Made by a program: the position numbers and the translations under genes | Notes under the pieces: generated by a model | Seen by the model: the letters and a program-made list of their open reading frames with translations, nothing else | The model's database searches: none | What the model was told of the DNA's origin: nothing | Source: Octopus sinensis | Lineage: Eukaryota | Reading direction: 5' to 3' | Length of the DNA: 64,000 nt | Assembly: GCF_006345805.1 (NCBI RefSeq) | Contig: NC_042999.1 | Location: 101,804,001-101,868,000 of the forward strand | Part shown: piece after piece, positions 1 to 11,974 of the stretch | Layout of the letters: the number at the start of each line of letters is the position of its first letter | How positions within the stretch are numbered: the stretch's first letter is position 1

Positions 1-87
1 TTGCACTAATCGTACATTTTTTAACACCCACTTCAAATGTTAGTATACAGTAGGTAGTGGGTAATGTATCATATTACCAGTTAAAGG

Positions 88-686
88 ATTATGAATATAA
101 GTTTTGTGTTAAACTGAGGGAAAATGCAACAGAAACTTAGGAAATTCTCAAGACTGCTTATGGATTAACTCGTATGAGTCAAGCATCAGTTTTCTGCTGC
201 CACAAAGGGCCAGGCAAAGCAAGTCCACCAGGAAGCTCATAATGATCCCCTTTTTTGACAGCAAGAGCATCATCTACATCTACTGGGTTTCTTCTGGCAA
301 GACAGTCAATAATGAGTACTTTGTGGAGGTTTTAAGGGAATTCAAGAAAAAGTTTTGTCACAAAAGGCCAGTGTACCTGCACCAGTCCACAATTCCATCC
401 TAATAACCAACTCCTTGACAGAGATGGGCATTGAAACTGTCCTTCACCCTCTGTGACTTTTGGTTTTCTCCAAGTTGAAGGAGAAGATAAAAGAGTCTAT
501 GACAAGGGTCCTGAACACCTTCACTTTGGAGGACTCCCACAGAGTCTTCATGAAGTGGCTGGAGTGCTATAATAAGTTCATTGAAGCCAGTGGATCCTAC
601 TTTGAATGAGATTAGACTTTTGTGCTTCTCTGAAATTAATAATTGTCTCTCTTGAAAAAGTCTCAAAACTTCTGAAATGCACCTTG
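88..686 (+). mobile_element. Degraded, internally deleted mariner (Tc1/mariner) transposase remnant, in the MRPS30 intron after exon 3
   Basis: Fragments translate to FCVKLRENATET*EILKTAYG, QSKSTRKLIMIPFFDSKSIIYIYWVSSGKTVNNEYFVEVLREFKKK, EMGIETVLHP..CDFWF and KWLECYNKFIEASGSYFE*, all recognisable mariner segments. The fragment ends in a TIR-like ...aagtctcaaaacttctgaaatgcaccttg followed by TA. Confidence 0.8.
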
Positions 687-990
687 TATAACAGTTGTAG
701 CAGCAATGCAGAACAGAGCTGCTGAGAAGGTACTTTGGTAACTGCTAGCTGTGACTCAAATTCTATCTATGATATATTGACATGGTTAAATGAGAATAAA
801 ATGATTGAATTTCCCTAGTTCATCACCATGAATCTTAGCATTTTAAAGTATTTTATATAGCCATGTTGGAAGAAGTACACTGCATATGATCATTTAGAAA
901 ACTAGGTGTGAAATCAATAAATAAAATTAAGGAAGGAAAATATATCTTTGTTTTCTTTTAGTTAAAAAAAGTTGATGAAACAAAATTTAC

Positions 991-1158
991 CTAGGAAATA
1001 TGCTTGGGCTACTGTCCAAGCAAAGGATGTGATTAGACCAAGACCTTTCTGGAACTCGTAAGTGATCTCAGGACCAAACTGCTTTATTTTTCTTTTCATC
1101 TGAGATGAACAATGAAATGATACCAGGCCAAATTCACATGGATCACCATGAAAGAATC
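991..1158 (-). CDS. MRPS30: MRPS30 exon 3 (168 bp, phase 1 to phase 1)
   Basis: (G)FFHGDPCEFGLVSFHCSSQMKRKIKQFGPEITYEFQKGLGLITSFAWTVAQAYFL(G) matches the human MRPS30 segments ADPCCYGHTQFH and ANAIASLFAWTGAQAMYQG (recalled sequence). Acceptor tctttgaaacag, donor G|gtaaat. Confidence 0.9.
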
Positions 1159-1269
1159 CTGTTTCAAAGAAAGAATACAACAAAGTTTACTAATTCACTG
1201 ATACAGTTTGAATACTTAAAAGTCCCAATACACCAAAGTTTATCCCTTTGGCAAATGTACATGTATAAT

Positions 1270-2158
1270 AAACACTAAAAATGTGCAGACAATAGACTCC
1301 CTCAAATGCTCAAGGGGATCATTAGAAGTAGTAGATAGCTTTTGTTACCTAGGTGACCAAGTTAGCAGTGGAAGAGGAAGTTCTGAAAGTGTAGTTGCTA
1401 GAATAACAGGCTGGACAAAGTTCAGAGAGTTTCTACCTTTGTGGGTAACTAAGGGCCTCTCCCTCAGAGTGAAAGGCAAACTGTATGATGCATGTGTACG
1501 TAGAGCTATGCTACATGACAGTGAAACAAGGCTGTGACTACAGAGGACTTGCGAAGGCTTAAAAGAAATTAAGCTAGCATGCTCCACTGGATGGGTAATG
1601 TCAGTGTGCCCACACAACAGAGTGTAAATGATTTAAGAAGAAAACTAGGTAGAAGAGGTATCAGATGTTGTCTGCAAGAGAGAAGACTGCACTGGTACGT
1701 TCATATGATACTTATGGATGAGGACAGTTGCATAAAGAAGTGCCAAGCTGTAATTGTTGAGGGGGACCTGTAAAGGGGGAGACCCAAGAAGATGTGGGAC
1801 GAAGAGTGAGAAAGGATCTTTGGATACTGGGTCTCACTGAGGTAATGAAAAGGGACTGGGAGTTGTGGGAATTTGCTGTACTTGAGAAGACACGTCAAGC
1901 TAAGTAAAATTGCTGTCATTCATACATACAGGCTTGTCCTTTACAGGTACCAGTGCCACATAAAATGTACTTGTGCTGGTGCAGCATAAATGCACCTATA
2001 CCAGTGGCATATAAAGAGCACCCAGCACACTCTGTGAAGTGGCTGGCATTAGGAAGGGCATCCAACCGCAAAATCCATGCTACAGCAGACAATTGGAGAT
2101 TGGCCAACTCCTGTCAAACCATCCAATTCATGCCAGTATGGAAAATGGATGTATGATG
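1270..2158 (+). mobile_element. 5'-truncated RTE-clade LINE: C-terminal ORF remnant plus 3' UTR tail ending in (GAT)n
   Basis: LEVVDSFCYLGD...RVKGKLYDACVRRAMLHDSET, MLHWMGNVSV...QERRLHWYVHMILMDEDSCIKKC and GRPKKMWDE occur across frameshifts. The tail follows: ggcattaggaagggcatcca...catgccagtatggaaaatggatgtatgatgat. Confidence 0.85.
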
Positions 2159-2377
2159 ATATATAATCTTACTGTAAAATTAAAACAGCCCTGAACTGTT
2201 GAAAAGCAAGTGTATACTACCACAATCAAAGATTTATTTTGTAGTAAAATTATATGTTCAAACACATAAATATACTTTGATATATTAAAAACTATGTTAA
2301 CATTTATTTAATTTTATGCATGACCATATATCATTAAATATCATATAAAAGTAAAACATTTATTAGAAATATATTTC

Positions 2378-2490
2378 TTTTACTGGCTGAGTCTGGAGAA
2401 AGAGGTAATACTCATAAACTTTGCAGGCCCTCCTAGACCAATGAGCTTGATGCCATTAAAGTTCAATTTACACTGTTACAGGTCAACATG
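2378..2490 (-). mobile_element. 3'-end fragment of the CR1/Jockey-like LINE also seen at 13320-13560 and 62298-63300
   Basis: tttactggctgagtctg...ttgcaggccctcctagaccaatgagcttgatgccattaa aligns by eye with 62300-62400 (ttactagctgagtctg...ttgcagaccctccaagactgatgaagttcatgccattaa). Confidence 0.6.
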
Positions 2491-3745
2491 TAGGGTTGGA
2501 CACAATAAGGCTGACAAAAGGTGGAGAGAGAGAGAGAGCATGAATCAGATGTGCTTAGGTGGAGGAGGTATTATAAAGCTAAAAAGATATTTGCAATTCC
2601 ATCTGATCAAAACAACCGTAAGTTCAAATCATGACCATAAACTGTGCATTATTCATATCAGGGCACATAACTCAGTGCTAAAATGCTTAATTGACAACAA
2701 AACAATTTCTACTCCTACTTTGCAGTTAAGTAGTGTTTAGAAGTAGGAAGAGTAATAAGCTGTAAAACTAATTGCTCCAACAAACAAACCTTCTCATCCA
2801 TGCAAGCATGAAAACATTGATGTGAAACGAAAATATATTTAATCTTTGATCTTTTTCCTACAGGTGGCATCTCAGTCATTTAATTTTTTAAATATGCTAA
2901 ATAACTGAAGCAAACTTTTAACATATTTATTGCTAGACATGATTTACTATGTTGGCTGTTTAGAAAAAAGAGAGATGCTGATAAAATAATCATCAACTGG
3001 GAGGAGAGAACTGTGCTGTGTCTTATAGAAGGCTAGCTGTGGTAAATAGAGTGAGAGTGTCCAAAGTTGTTTCTTGCTCGAGATGGTCTGTCTGAGTGCC
3101 CAATGTGGTCTGGCCTTCGTGGTTTATTTAGCAGTGTGCCAAGGTTGTGAGACTGAGTTAGGCACCAAACAGTTTTTAAAGGGTGAAAAGGGAGTGATTT
3201 AAGATCATCTGAGGAACCATATGATGACATACCTTCATGCTGACTGGCTGATTTATAGATTAATCACATGAAACTGAGGCAGGTCACTTGTGACACTCTA
3301 ACTGAATATCTTGCAGTTGGCGTTTGAATCTCTACGATATTAATACTAATTTAAATTTTATTAATTGTACCTACATATATACACACACAAACATAAGTGT
3401 ATGTATGTGTGCATATAGATATAGAATATATGTGTGTGTGCACACACAGATTGACAGATGAGTGGATGAATGCATGTATGTATAAACAATCATAAAAGGA
3501 TAATATGTATGTGTGGTGTACACATATATGTCTATTTTGATATGTCTTCATATTGATATCATTTGGACAACAGAGATGTCATGATTACATCTCCCACAAG
3601 CAATACATCTTGTTGCCCAGCAACAGGACATATTGTTTCAACAGACAAGTTCAAACCAGGCTAGAAAGAGATATAAATATACATTAAGGCAGTCATGTCC
3701 CTGTCACTGACGATGATGATGATGACAATAACAACACAGTAACAA

Positions 3746-4045
3746 TCATCATCATTTAACATCTGTCATCCATGCTGGCATGGGTTGAATGGTGTGACCA
3801 GACCTGGCAAGTTGGGTGGCTGCACCAGTCTCCAGTCTGATTTGGCATGGTTTCTACAACTGGATGCCCTTCCTAACACCAACCACTTAACAAAGTGTGC
3901 TGGATGCTTTTATGTGGCACTGCACAGGCACTTTTATGTGGCACCACATAAGTGCTTTTATATGGCACCACATGAGTGCTTTTACACAATGTCGCACGGG
4001 CGCTTTTACACGATGCCACACAGGCACTTTTACATGTTGTCGCAT
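3746..4045 (-). mobile_element. RTE-type 3' tail copy with an internal 24-bp tandem array (about 6 units, 3895-4035)
   Basis: catcatcatttaacatc...ccatgctggcatggg...ggatgcccttcctaacaccaaccac, then units such as tgcttttatgtggcactgcacagg and cacttttatgtggcaccacataag. Confidence 0.8.
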
Positions 4046-4110
4046 GTAACAATGTTGACAATTATAACTATGATGATGGTGATTGTACAAATCTAAATTT
4101 AATACATTAC

Positions 4111-4222
4111 CTGGTATACAAATATTCTTCACTTTTTCATTTTGTTGAGATAAATCACTTGGCCAGTAGCAGAACTGTGAATATTCACTCTCAGTACACA
4201 AAGGGCTGTCCCGGGGAACAAA
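4111..4222 (-). CDS. MRPS30: MRPS30 exon 2 (112 bp, phase 0 to phase 1)
   Basis: Acceptor ttttcactttgtag, then FVPRDSPLCTESEYSQFCYWPSDLSQQNEKVKNICIP(G), donor CCAG|gtaatg. FVPRD continues exon 1 QIRSEKPLMP as in human QIRISKQLAEFVPLD. Phases fit both neighbouring exons. Confidence 0.85.
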
Positions 4223-5959
4223 CTACAAAGTGAAAATCAATTTAAACAAACCATCAGAGAATTACATTAATTCAGAACAAGGTATATTATGTTAAAATAC
4301 ACATTAGTTATAAGAATATCAATCAATGAGTGGACAACTACATGAGGGATAAGTGGTTCAAATCCTGACAATAGCATTGCATGTCATTGTGTTTCCGAGT
4401 AAAACACTTTATTCTACATTACCTCATTGAATCTAAGCTATTGATAATAAATATCAGATCATCTAGGAATGTTATGATGCAGTGATATACAATGCAGAAT
4501 TTATGTTATGATACAGTGAGATGCAAGGTGGAATTCATGCCATGAAACAAGAGTTAAGTAATGACTCTTAAAACTCTTCAGAGTTTGTTTTGAGGAACGT
4601 ACATTAACATTTTTATAAAGGAGGGGATGTTGGGTATATTGTTAACTCTTTGAAATTTTTGCTTTTATTTTCTGTAGTGTATGTAATAAGATACTCCTTC
4701 CTTCTGTGAAATACAATGGTGTAAAAGAAAATAGGAATGAGATCGTTACTGTTGTTTAGGCCCAAAATTAAATTAAGAAAATCGAAGCATTTATTTCAGT
4801 GCAACTCGAGTTTACTGCACCCACCCAATGTGTTTCCTCATAACATTTCTTTTTTTTTTTAATTCAGAAAGACTATACTTTTTAAACCATTTAATTATTT
4901 GTTCATGATCATTGCACAACATGATGGTGTTAGATAAGATATCATACAGAATACTTTCATTAATGCTATTACAATATATTTCCAATTTGAATTGTAGTGG
5001 TAAACTTAGAAATGTTTTCATAATGCCCTCCAATTTCATCTTGATAATAAGCAATATCAATCAAGACAATACAATAGATTCCTTTTATGTTATGCTAGTT
5101 ATTGAACTATATAACCATAATCTGCATCTTCAAAAACATATCTGCAAAATTTCATTAAAAATATGCACTATTTAACAAAGTTATAAGGAAACAAGTTCGT
5201 GGGAACTATTGTTATTGTCTTTATTTCTAAAAACAGAAAGTCTGTAGTAATTGTTTAGTCCCAAGTCAATTTTGATCAAGCAGACCTCTGAAGAAAGGTG
5301 TTTCAACCTTAACCATCCCTTAGAACAATGTTTCGGGGTTTGATTTGAGGAAGTCATATGCTGTTTCTAGCAGGTAAAACACCTGCATAGAAATTTCAGG
5401 AGTATTGACATGACTAAAATGGCTATTTCTAGAAACTGAAACAGGACCATATGTTCAGCTGTCCAGTAGCATCAATCTTACTCTGACATTTAAATTTGAA
5501 CATCATTGTGCTTTGCTTGTCAGTGAACAATATTTCAATGCAAAACAAACGGTTACGAGTTAAGAAATAAACCACCATTTGATTGCTCGACATGCTGGAA
5601 AGAGAAGACAAATTCCTTTAAATGACACCCTACCATCTGCTTTCGTTTCCATTAGTTTTGAAAATAATAAAGTATTTAGTAAAACAACTTTATCATTAGT
5701 AACCTGATGTCTGGAACATAAATTAACATGAAATTTACAGAGCAGGTTTTAAGTCATATCACTTTAAACTTGTATCATAGGATAAGGGTTAAAAATAGTT
5801 TTAAAACATCAAATAATATAGTCCTAGATGTGCAAAAAGAAGGTCACAACTGGAACGCCTTTAATCACAGGTTTACTCAATGAGTGACAGAAGAAAAAAA
5901 ATCTGCTCATTTTCTGACCCAACAAAGTGTCGAAGAAGGAGCTGAGCCGTAAAACTGGT

Positions 5960-6240
5960 TACAATAATCTGGTCTTTGAAATATTGAGATCAGCAGCAAA
6001 TATGGTTTGGCTATGCATTCAGTATTAACCGAGGGAAGATACCAAAGGTAGGATTAAAATTAACACAAGCTGGAAAGTGAAAGTTTGGGCGGTTAAAGAA
6101 TACTTGACATAGAACAGGTGAACGTGAACTGAGATCAAAGTATCTTATATGGGACAATGCAAGGAACTATTAAAGACCGGTCTGAATGACGCTTAATTGT
6201 AGAATCATTGCCTCTCAACAGGGAAGATGAAGGTAAAATA
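5960..6240 (+). mobile_element. Decayed RTE/RTE-X LINE C-terminal fragment
   Basis: One frame reads QQIWFGYAFSINRGKIPKVGLKLTQAGK*KFGRLKNT*HRTGERELR, which resembles the RTE motif LRWLGHVLRM..RIPK.AL.W...GKRKRGRPK.TWRRTVE.EL. Confidence 0.55.
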
Positions 6241-6721
6241 ATTATAGCAAAATAACATTTACACACATAAACATTTTTCTCAGACAATGATTATAGTGGG
6301 GGTTTTTTTTTGTTGTTTTTTTGTAGTGAGACCTTTCGGTCAGCAGACATGATCGCATGTCTGATCAAGCACCGCTAAGCAAACATACGATCAAAGGCAT
6401 TCCAGCCGTGATATTCAGTTCTACTGTTCAGATATAGTGTATCTAGGACTATTTCATCGTGTGTCCTTCCTTTTTAAAGATGGTAGGGTGTAATTCGAAG
6501 TTAAATATGGTTGTTATTTCTTGCATTCTTACTGATATGCGTATAAAGGCAAGGGACAATGGGGTGAAGAATATTTCTTAAAGTAAGTTATTTAAATGTA
6601 GTTATGTCTACACAGAGGTCATCGAAGGAAAGAGAAGGCTAGCATGTAAAACAAGAATACACACACAGTATATGTGTTTGCATGTAAGAAATAAAAGTGT
6701 ATATGTATTCTTTATACATAC

Positions 6722-7501
6722 CGGCATAAGAGGCTTCTCACTGCGGATTTGAGAACAGATGAATTCTGTGTTAAAACGGCTGTACATTTTCTCAAAACGC
6801 TGAAATTCCCTATCCTTCCTTAATATGTAGGGCTTCGTAGGAATACCATAACGGTCCCAGAATGCCCGGACTCGAACATTTTCTGCAAACTGGCTAGTCA
6901 GTAGATGAGGGAAATCAGGAGCTAGAACCGAGAGCAAACAATTGATAATTTTTTCGGTTTGGAGAAATGTTACGTTATCAGGATCCAGTTTATTGTATCG
7001 TGTATATTTTATGTTTCTGTCAATAAGGAAATTTTCAAATAAAATAACCCTTTCGATTAATGGTTTTATACGCTGTAAATAAGCCATCGCCTCTTCTTCC
7101 ATTTGTTCATAAACTTCAGGCATTCCAGGAGCCATGTGAGTTTTGGTCACGTATTGTTGATATTCAAAAGACCTGGGATAATGCTGAACTGAGGGGCATT
7201 TCCAAGTAACTTCTGGAGATGGTGATAACATTTCGAAACGATCTTTTAGCTTCAACTTCGTGTCTTTTAACTTGTTTGATTGTTCCCAGATTGACCAAGA
7301 TCTCTTTTCGGTCATGTTTCCCCATGATCCTGGCGGCCATCTCGGTTTGATAGGCGGATATTGAATTTCTTCGCCGGGAATTTCCTCTGAAGTATTTACT
7401 GATACAACACTACTAGCATAACGATTATTTGTGTGGAAAAACGAGGAGAATCTAGAGCAAGATCGACACGACCTCGAGAGCATGAGTGATGGCATCGCCA
7501 T
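6722..7501 (-). CDS. MRPS30: MRPS30 (mL65/PDCD9 family mitoribosomal protein) exon 1, 780 bp, 260 aa
   Basis: ATG in aaaATGG context at 7501. The N-terminus is Arg/Ser-rich and acid-free, like a mitochondrial presequence (MAMPSLMLSRSCRSCSRFSSFFHTNNRYASS). Family motifs: YPPIK, YQQYVTKTH..GMP, HLLTS...RVRAFW, QIRSEKPL. Donor CCG|gtatgt. Confidence 0.9.
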
Positions 7502-7719
7502 TTTGACATTGAAAAAATATTTCAAGGGCCGTAACTCTAAATCACTTTATCTCGTGTTAAAAGCGTAAGAAGTTGGTGCTTGGAATTACTAAATTTGATG
7601 CCTTGTGGTTTTAACTCCATATCAAACCGGAGTTAATTTACTCCCTAATAATTCCAATATTTAAAAGAGCCAAGTATATAGTCGTAACCAATATTTAGAG
7701 CCAACTGGATGCCAACAAA

Positions 7720-7960
7720 ATACATGTTAGCACGGTTTCAGAGCGCAATCTGCCCGTGAATTTCAAGAATTTGAAAGAAAACTGTGACAAAATGATTAGT
7801 GTAGATATAATAATTATAGCTTTTACTAAAGCCTTCGACTCTGTATCATATAGGAAACTTATATACAGATGTAAAACAACAGAATCAACATAAAAACTCA
7901 AGAATGAATAGGAGCCTGATTGAATATAAGAATGATGGCAGTAAACAACAGAGTGAATTA
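7720..7960 (+). mobile_element. Highly decayed CR1/L2-like reverse transcriptase fragment just upstream of MRPS30
   Basis: *HGFRAQSA and VDIIIIAFTKAFDSVSYRKLI resemble the RT motifs QHGFR and VDVIYLDFSKAFDSVPH..LL. Confidence 0.6.
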
Positions 7961-8118
7961 CACTTGAGCCTGTGATGTTAGGCTGGAATTTACAAAAGTC
8001 AAATTTCAAGACCTCAGTTTTGTGAGGCTCAGTCAATTAGATATTTTGCTGCTCACCAGAATGGGGGTATTGGATAAGGGGGTACCAATAATATATTGAA
8101 ATGGAGCAAGGGTGTAGT

Positions 8119-8480
8119 CATCATCATCATTTAACGTCCATTTTCCATGCTGACATGGGTTGGACAGGAGCTGGCTAGCCAGAAGACTACACTAAGCTTC
8201 AGTGTCTGTTTTGGCCTGGTTTTTATGGCTGGATGCCCTTTCTTACACCAACCACTTCACACTGTGGACTTGATGCTTTTTATGTGGCACTAGCACAGGC
8301 GAGGTCAGTTTGGGCACGTTTTTTACAGCTAGATGATCTTCCAAACGCCAACCATTTTACACTATGAACTGGATGCTTTTTACATGGCACAAGTACAGGC
8401 GTAGCACCAGCAATGCCAGGACACCAGCAATGCCATGACACCAGCAATGCCGTGGCACTAATAATGCCATGGCACCAGTA
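8119..8480 (-). mobile_element. RTE-type 3' tail copy with a ~100-bp internal duplication and a 17-bp x5 array
   Basis: tcatcatcatttaacgtccattttccatgctgacatggg tail. The ggatgc/agatga block recurs at 8231 and 8331. caccagcaatgccagga-type units run 8403-8478. Confidence 0.8.
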
Positions 8481-8843
8481 TTTAAATAAATAAAATGCTT
8501 ATTCTTACACGCAATTGACATTTTGTAATTGAGTCAGGGGACTGACCCTATTTAGCAAGTTGCTTCCATCATAACCTCAAGTTGGTCCAAGCATTAGTAG
8601 TGAAATTTGGTTGATGAAAACAGTGTGGATGGGAACTGTTGAAAGCACTATTCTTGTTTTTATGTGGGTGAATACATCATATTGTTTTACACAACTACTT
8701 GACCCTTGAGTGGACTTAAGCAGAGTTCATTCTGTTGCAAGCATTCTGAACCCAGCCTCTTGTTTGAAGAATCTTCCTCATTAGCCTTGAGGATCCTGAA
8801 AGAGATCATGGGTGTTGCCTCTCTTTTCCAAACAAAGTCACGT

Positions 8844-8844
<1 letters not shown>

Positions 8845-8886
<42 letters not shown>

Positions 8887-8890
8887 ACAT
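8845..8890. repeat. (CA)n microsatellite
   Basis: Direct read of the sequence. Confidence 0.95.
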
Positions 8891-8934
8891 GTACGTATGC
8901 AAGCACACAGGTACACAATATATAAAAGTATGAG

Positions 8935-9100
8935 GGAGCATGAAGGCATGTAGTCTAGTGGTTAGAGTATTGGGCTTAGAATCATAAAGTCATAGGTCCA
9001 ATTCCTCAACTGAGCAGCACATTATGAACTTCCACAAGACATCATTTCATATTACACTAGCTGTTTTTAGCTGAAAATTAGTATTTACTGAGTGTTGGTG
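8935..9100 (+). mobile_element. tRNA-headed SINE, third family (related copies near 4325-4430 + and 9840-9970 -)
   Basis: Box A-like gtctagtggttagag and box B-like ggtccaattcct, followed by a shared body (cacattatg...aagacatcatttcatattacac). Confidence 0.55.
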
Positions 9101-11430
9101 CTGCTGATTTCTCCAGCCTGCTGACGATGTTCCACTAAGTCAAGAGCTGGAGGACTGAGAGGATATTTATGTCTACTCATGACAGCATAGGCACAAAAAA
9201 CAGAAAGTTATAACATGGCACATATAACAATGTCATAATTACTTGCAAGTGTGAACTATGTTCTGTATGTATGTGTGTGTGTGTGTGTGTGTGTTCGAAA
9301 CATTGGAACTTGAAGCAGATAAACTATAAATATAGCATATAAATATAGAGTTAAAAGCCCTTTGAATAAAAAAAGTCAAAGGTTTGACATCAAACAATAC
9401 ATATGCATAAGAGAGAGAGAGGTTAGTGGAATTGTTAGGTACCTGACTGGATGTCTTATGGTATGTTCTGAATATTTGTATTCTGACAATAATAACCTGT
9501 GTTGAAGCTAATTCCAAACTGTATCAGTCCTTGTTTTGCCTTTGGACAACAGTTGTACATCATCAATGGTGGTCATGCATTAAGAAAGAAACCTTACTAA
9601 GGGCAGCAGCTTCAAGAGGAAATTTTGTAGCACAGATCTATGATAGTCTCATGAGACATATAGAAGCTCTTGTGTGTGTGTGTGTGTGACTGTATGCACG
9701 TGTGTGAGTGTGTAAAGTATGGTAGTCTCTTGGGTCTAAGAAAGACACCTCTGCAATTTCTTGCTGAACAACCTGCACAGATGATTTGTTTATAGTGATC
9801 AAATTTTTGTGCTGTACATTAGTCTCAAATTAACAGTACTGGTGCATGGTGTACCATACACGAGGTGAAGCATTTTGCTCAAGAACACAATGCACTACCT
9901 GGTCAGGGAATCAAACCCATGATCCTGCAATCATGAGTGCAACATGCTAACTACTAGGCCATACACCCTCACATTTTTTTGTTGTTTTGTTTTTTTGAGC
10001 TCAATGGCAGAAAATATTTCAACTTAAGATAGATTTGAATTCACAACCTAGAAGAACAAACAAGTGTCAATATGCCATACTGCAGATCAGTCTAATCCAT
10101 CATCACCATCAAAATGATCATCAACATTTTGACATTGGTTGTTACTGTTGTTGTTTAACTCCAGATCAGTTCTATATAATGAAAGTTCTTCAAGCCATAA
10201 CTATTTCATATTTTCCCATATCTAGGGAAATGTTGTCTAATATATCCTTTTATATGATGCTATATGAGCTATTATCTTTACCACCTGTAGGGGTTTCTGT
10301 TCATTAGCTCTTAGGACAGCATTTTCAAAACCATGATGAAGGTACCCTGAGAATAACCTCTTCTTGTTGTTGAAGCCTCTTCTACTATCTTCCCTGTCTT
10401 TCAGCCGCCTCAGAGCAGGAAGCTCATATGGTCCTTACTGCCACATGAGTAGCAACTCAATTTCCTACTATGTATCACTAATTTTATGGCTTTTTTTTTC
10501 CAGCATCAAAAAGGCAGTACAGTTCTAAACCAAGTCTATGATCTTCAGAAAGCATAGGATTTGTATATCTTAGCAAATCTTAGTGGATAACACTTACCAC
10601 CTACCTGTACTGCACCACAGAAAGGATAATGAATCAAATGACAATGTCATTGACAATATTTTTTACTGTGGCTCTTGTTATACAGCTGCAACTATTGTGA
10701 CATGAAGCTCAGGCAATTACTTCCCTTTTTATCTCATTCAATCCATGCCAGCATGGAAAACACATTAAATAATGAAGAAGAAGAAGTCATTCACAGCTAT
10801 ATTTTATAACAGAACTAAATTGACACCTAAATGTATAGAGCCTAGTTAGCTTCTCTCCTCCCACCATTTGCTTGTCTTGTTCTTGTATGTCTCCTTTGCT
10901 ACTGCCTTTGTGACAAATAAAGGGAAGATCATTATCATCATCATCCACTGCCATACTTCACCCAACCTCCTCCACATCATCATTAAGTTTATAAAGAAGC
11001 AAAAAAGAAAAGCATTGAATGTAGCTTGAATATTTTATTTGTCTTTCTGTGATTGAGATAAAAATTCACCCTGGCATGACCTGGATGACGCAAGTGAATA
11101 GATGGGTAAGATCCTTAGTGAAGAAGCACATGGTTAAGAGAGCCTATATATATATATATATATATATATAAGGGACCAAGAGGAAGAAGATGGCTGCTAG
11201 AAATAAAGACCATGCTAGTTTTCAAAACAAAACATGATCTCTCAAGCTACTTAGCAAAATTAAATGTGGTTTTCAAAACAAGAACATGACAGCTCGAAGT
11301 ATGAACAAAATTAACAAGCCATGTATTACCACCACAAACACATATTTAAGACAATAAGCTTCTTTGGTAACTTCCGTACATGAAGGTGATAGGTTCCAGC
11401 ATTGTTCCTTCCTTCAGTATTATCCCAAGC

Positions 11431-11659
11431 TAGCTCCTATCTGCATTCAAATTTCTTTGTCAAATATAATGCTTACTTATTCATATTTTTAAAGTTTAAT
11501 CCTGTATTATCTTGTAGCTTTGAAATTTTGAAGATGTGATTGTTTAATTTTAAAATGACATAGTAAGGTAGTTGTGAGAGCCTGGATCTGGCCAGTTTGA
11601 ACATATGACAAGTAGACTATGCAGGTCTGATATAGCCTGTTTAAATGTTAAAGAGTTAA
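11431..11659 (+). mobile_element. TTAA-flanked (piggyBac-like) MITE, decayed copy
   Basis: The body is the reverse complement of 55087-55295. The right end is aaatgttaaagag|TTAA. Confidence 0.65.
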
Positions 11660-11799
11660 ACTCTTCAATCTCCTCTCAGAAGGAATCACCCTACTTTCTG
11701 TGAAAACACAACATTGAGTCCTATTTCCAAAGATAATCTTCCTAACCTTGCCATCTACTTAACTTACCTGTTAGCCTGATTTCTACAATTTATTATAGG

Positions 11800-11930
11800 T
11801 GCAGGTATGGTTGTGTGGTTAAGAAGCTTACTTTGCAACCATGTGGTTTCAGGTTTAGTTCTACTGCATGGCTCCTTGTGCAAGGTCATCCAATTCTTGT
11901 GAATGAATTAGACAAACTATGTGGAAACCC
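11800..11930 (+). mobile_element. tRNA-derived SINE family A (ggtgcagg..tggttgtgtggttaagaag..ggtttagttc)
   Basis: Pol III A/B-box-like head. The same family occurs at 14034, 15091, 47585, 55967 and 61425 (+) and at 31170, 48880, 49070, 49440 and 56640 (-). Confidence 0.7.
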
Positions 11931-11974
11931 ATCATGTATCCTTTCTACTATAAGCACAAAGCCTGAATTTTGGG

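Noticed and set aside
3895-4035. CRISPR-like look of short conserved motifs with variable spacers (also 8403-8478 and 25600-25920)
   Set aside because: The context is eukaryotic and intron-rich with no cas genes. The spacers are homologous to each other, so these are minisatellites inside a retroelement tail.
6608-6721. C-terminal VCIKNTYTLLFL... of the 305-aa ORF
   Set aside because: It is intron read-through past the CCG|gtatgt donor. The true frame continues in exon 2 (FVPRD).
7502-7525. ORF-track start of MRPS30 at 7525 (MKYFFNVK)
   Set aside because: That codon is TTG. The first ATG in good context is at 7501 and begins a plausible mitochondrial presequence.
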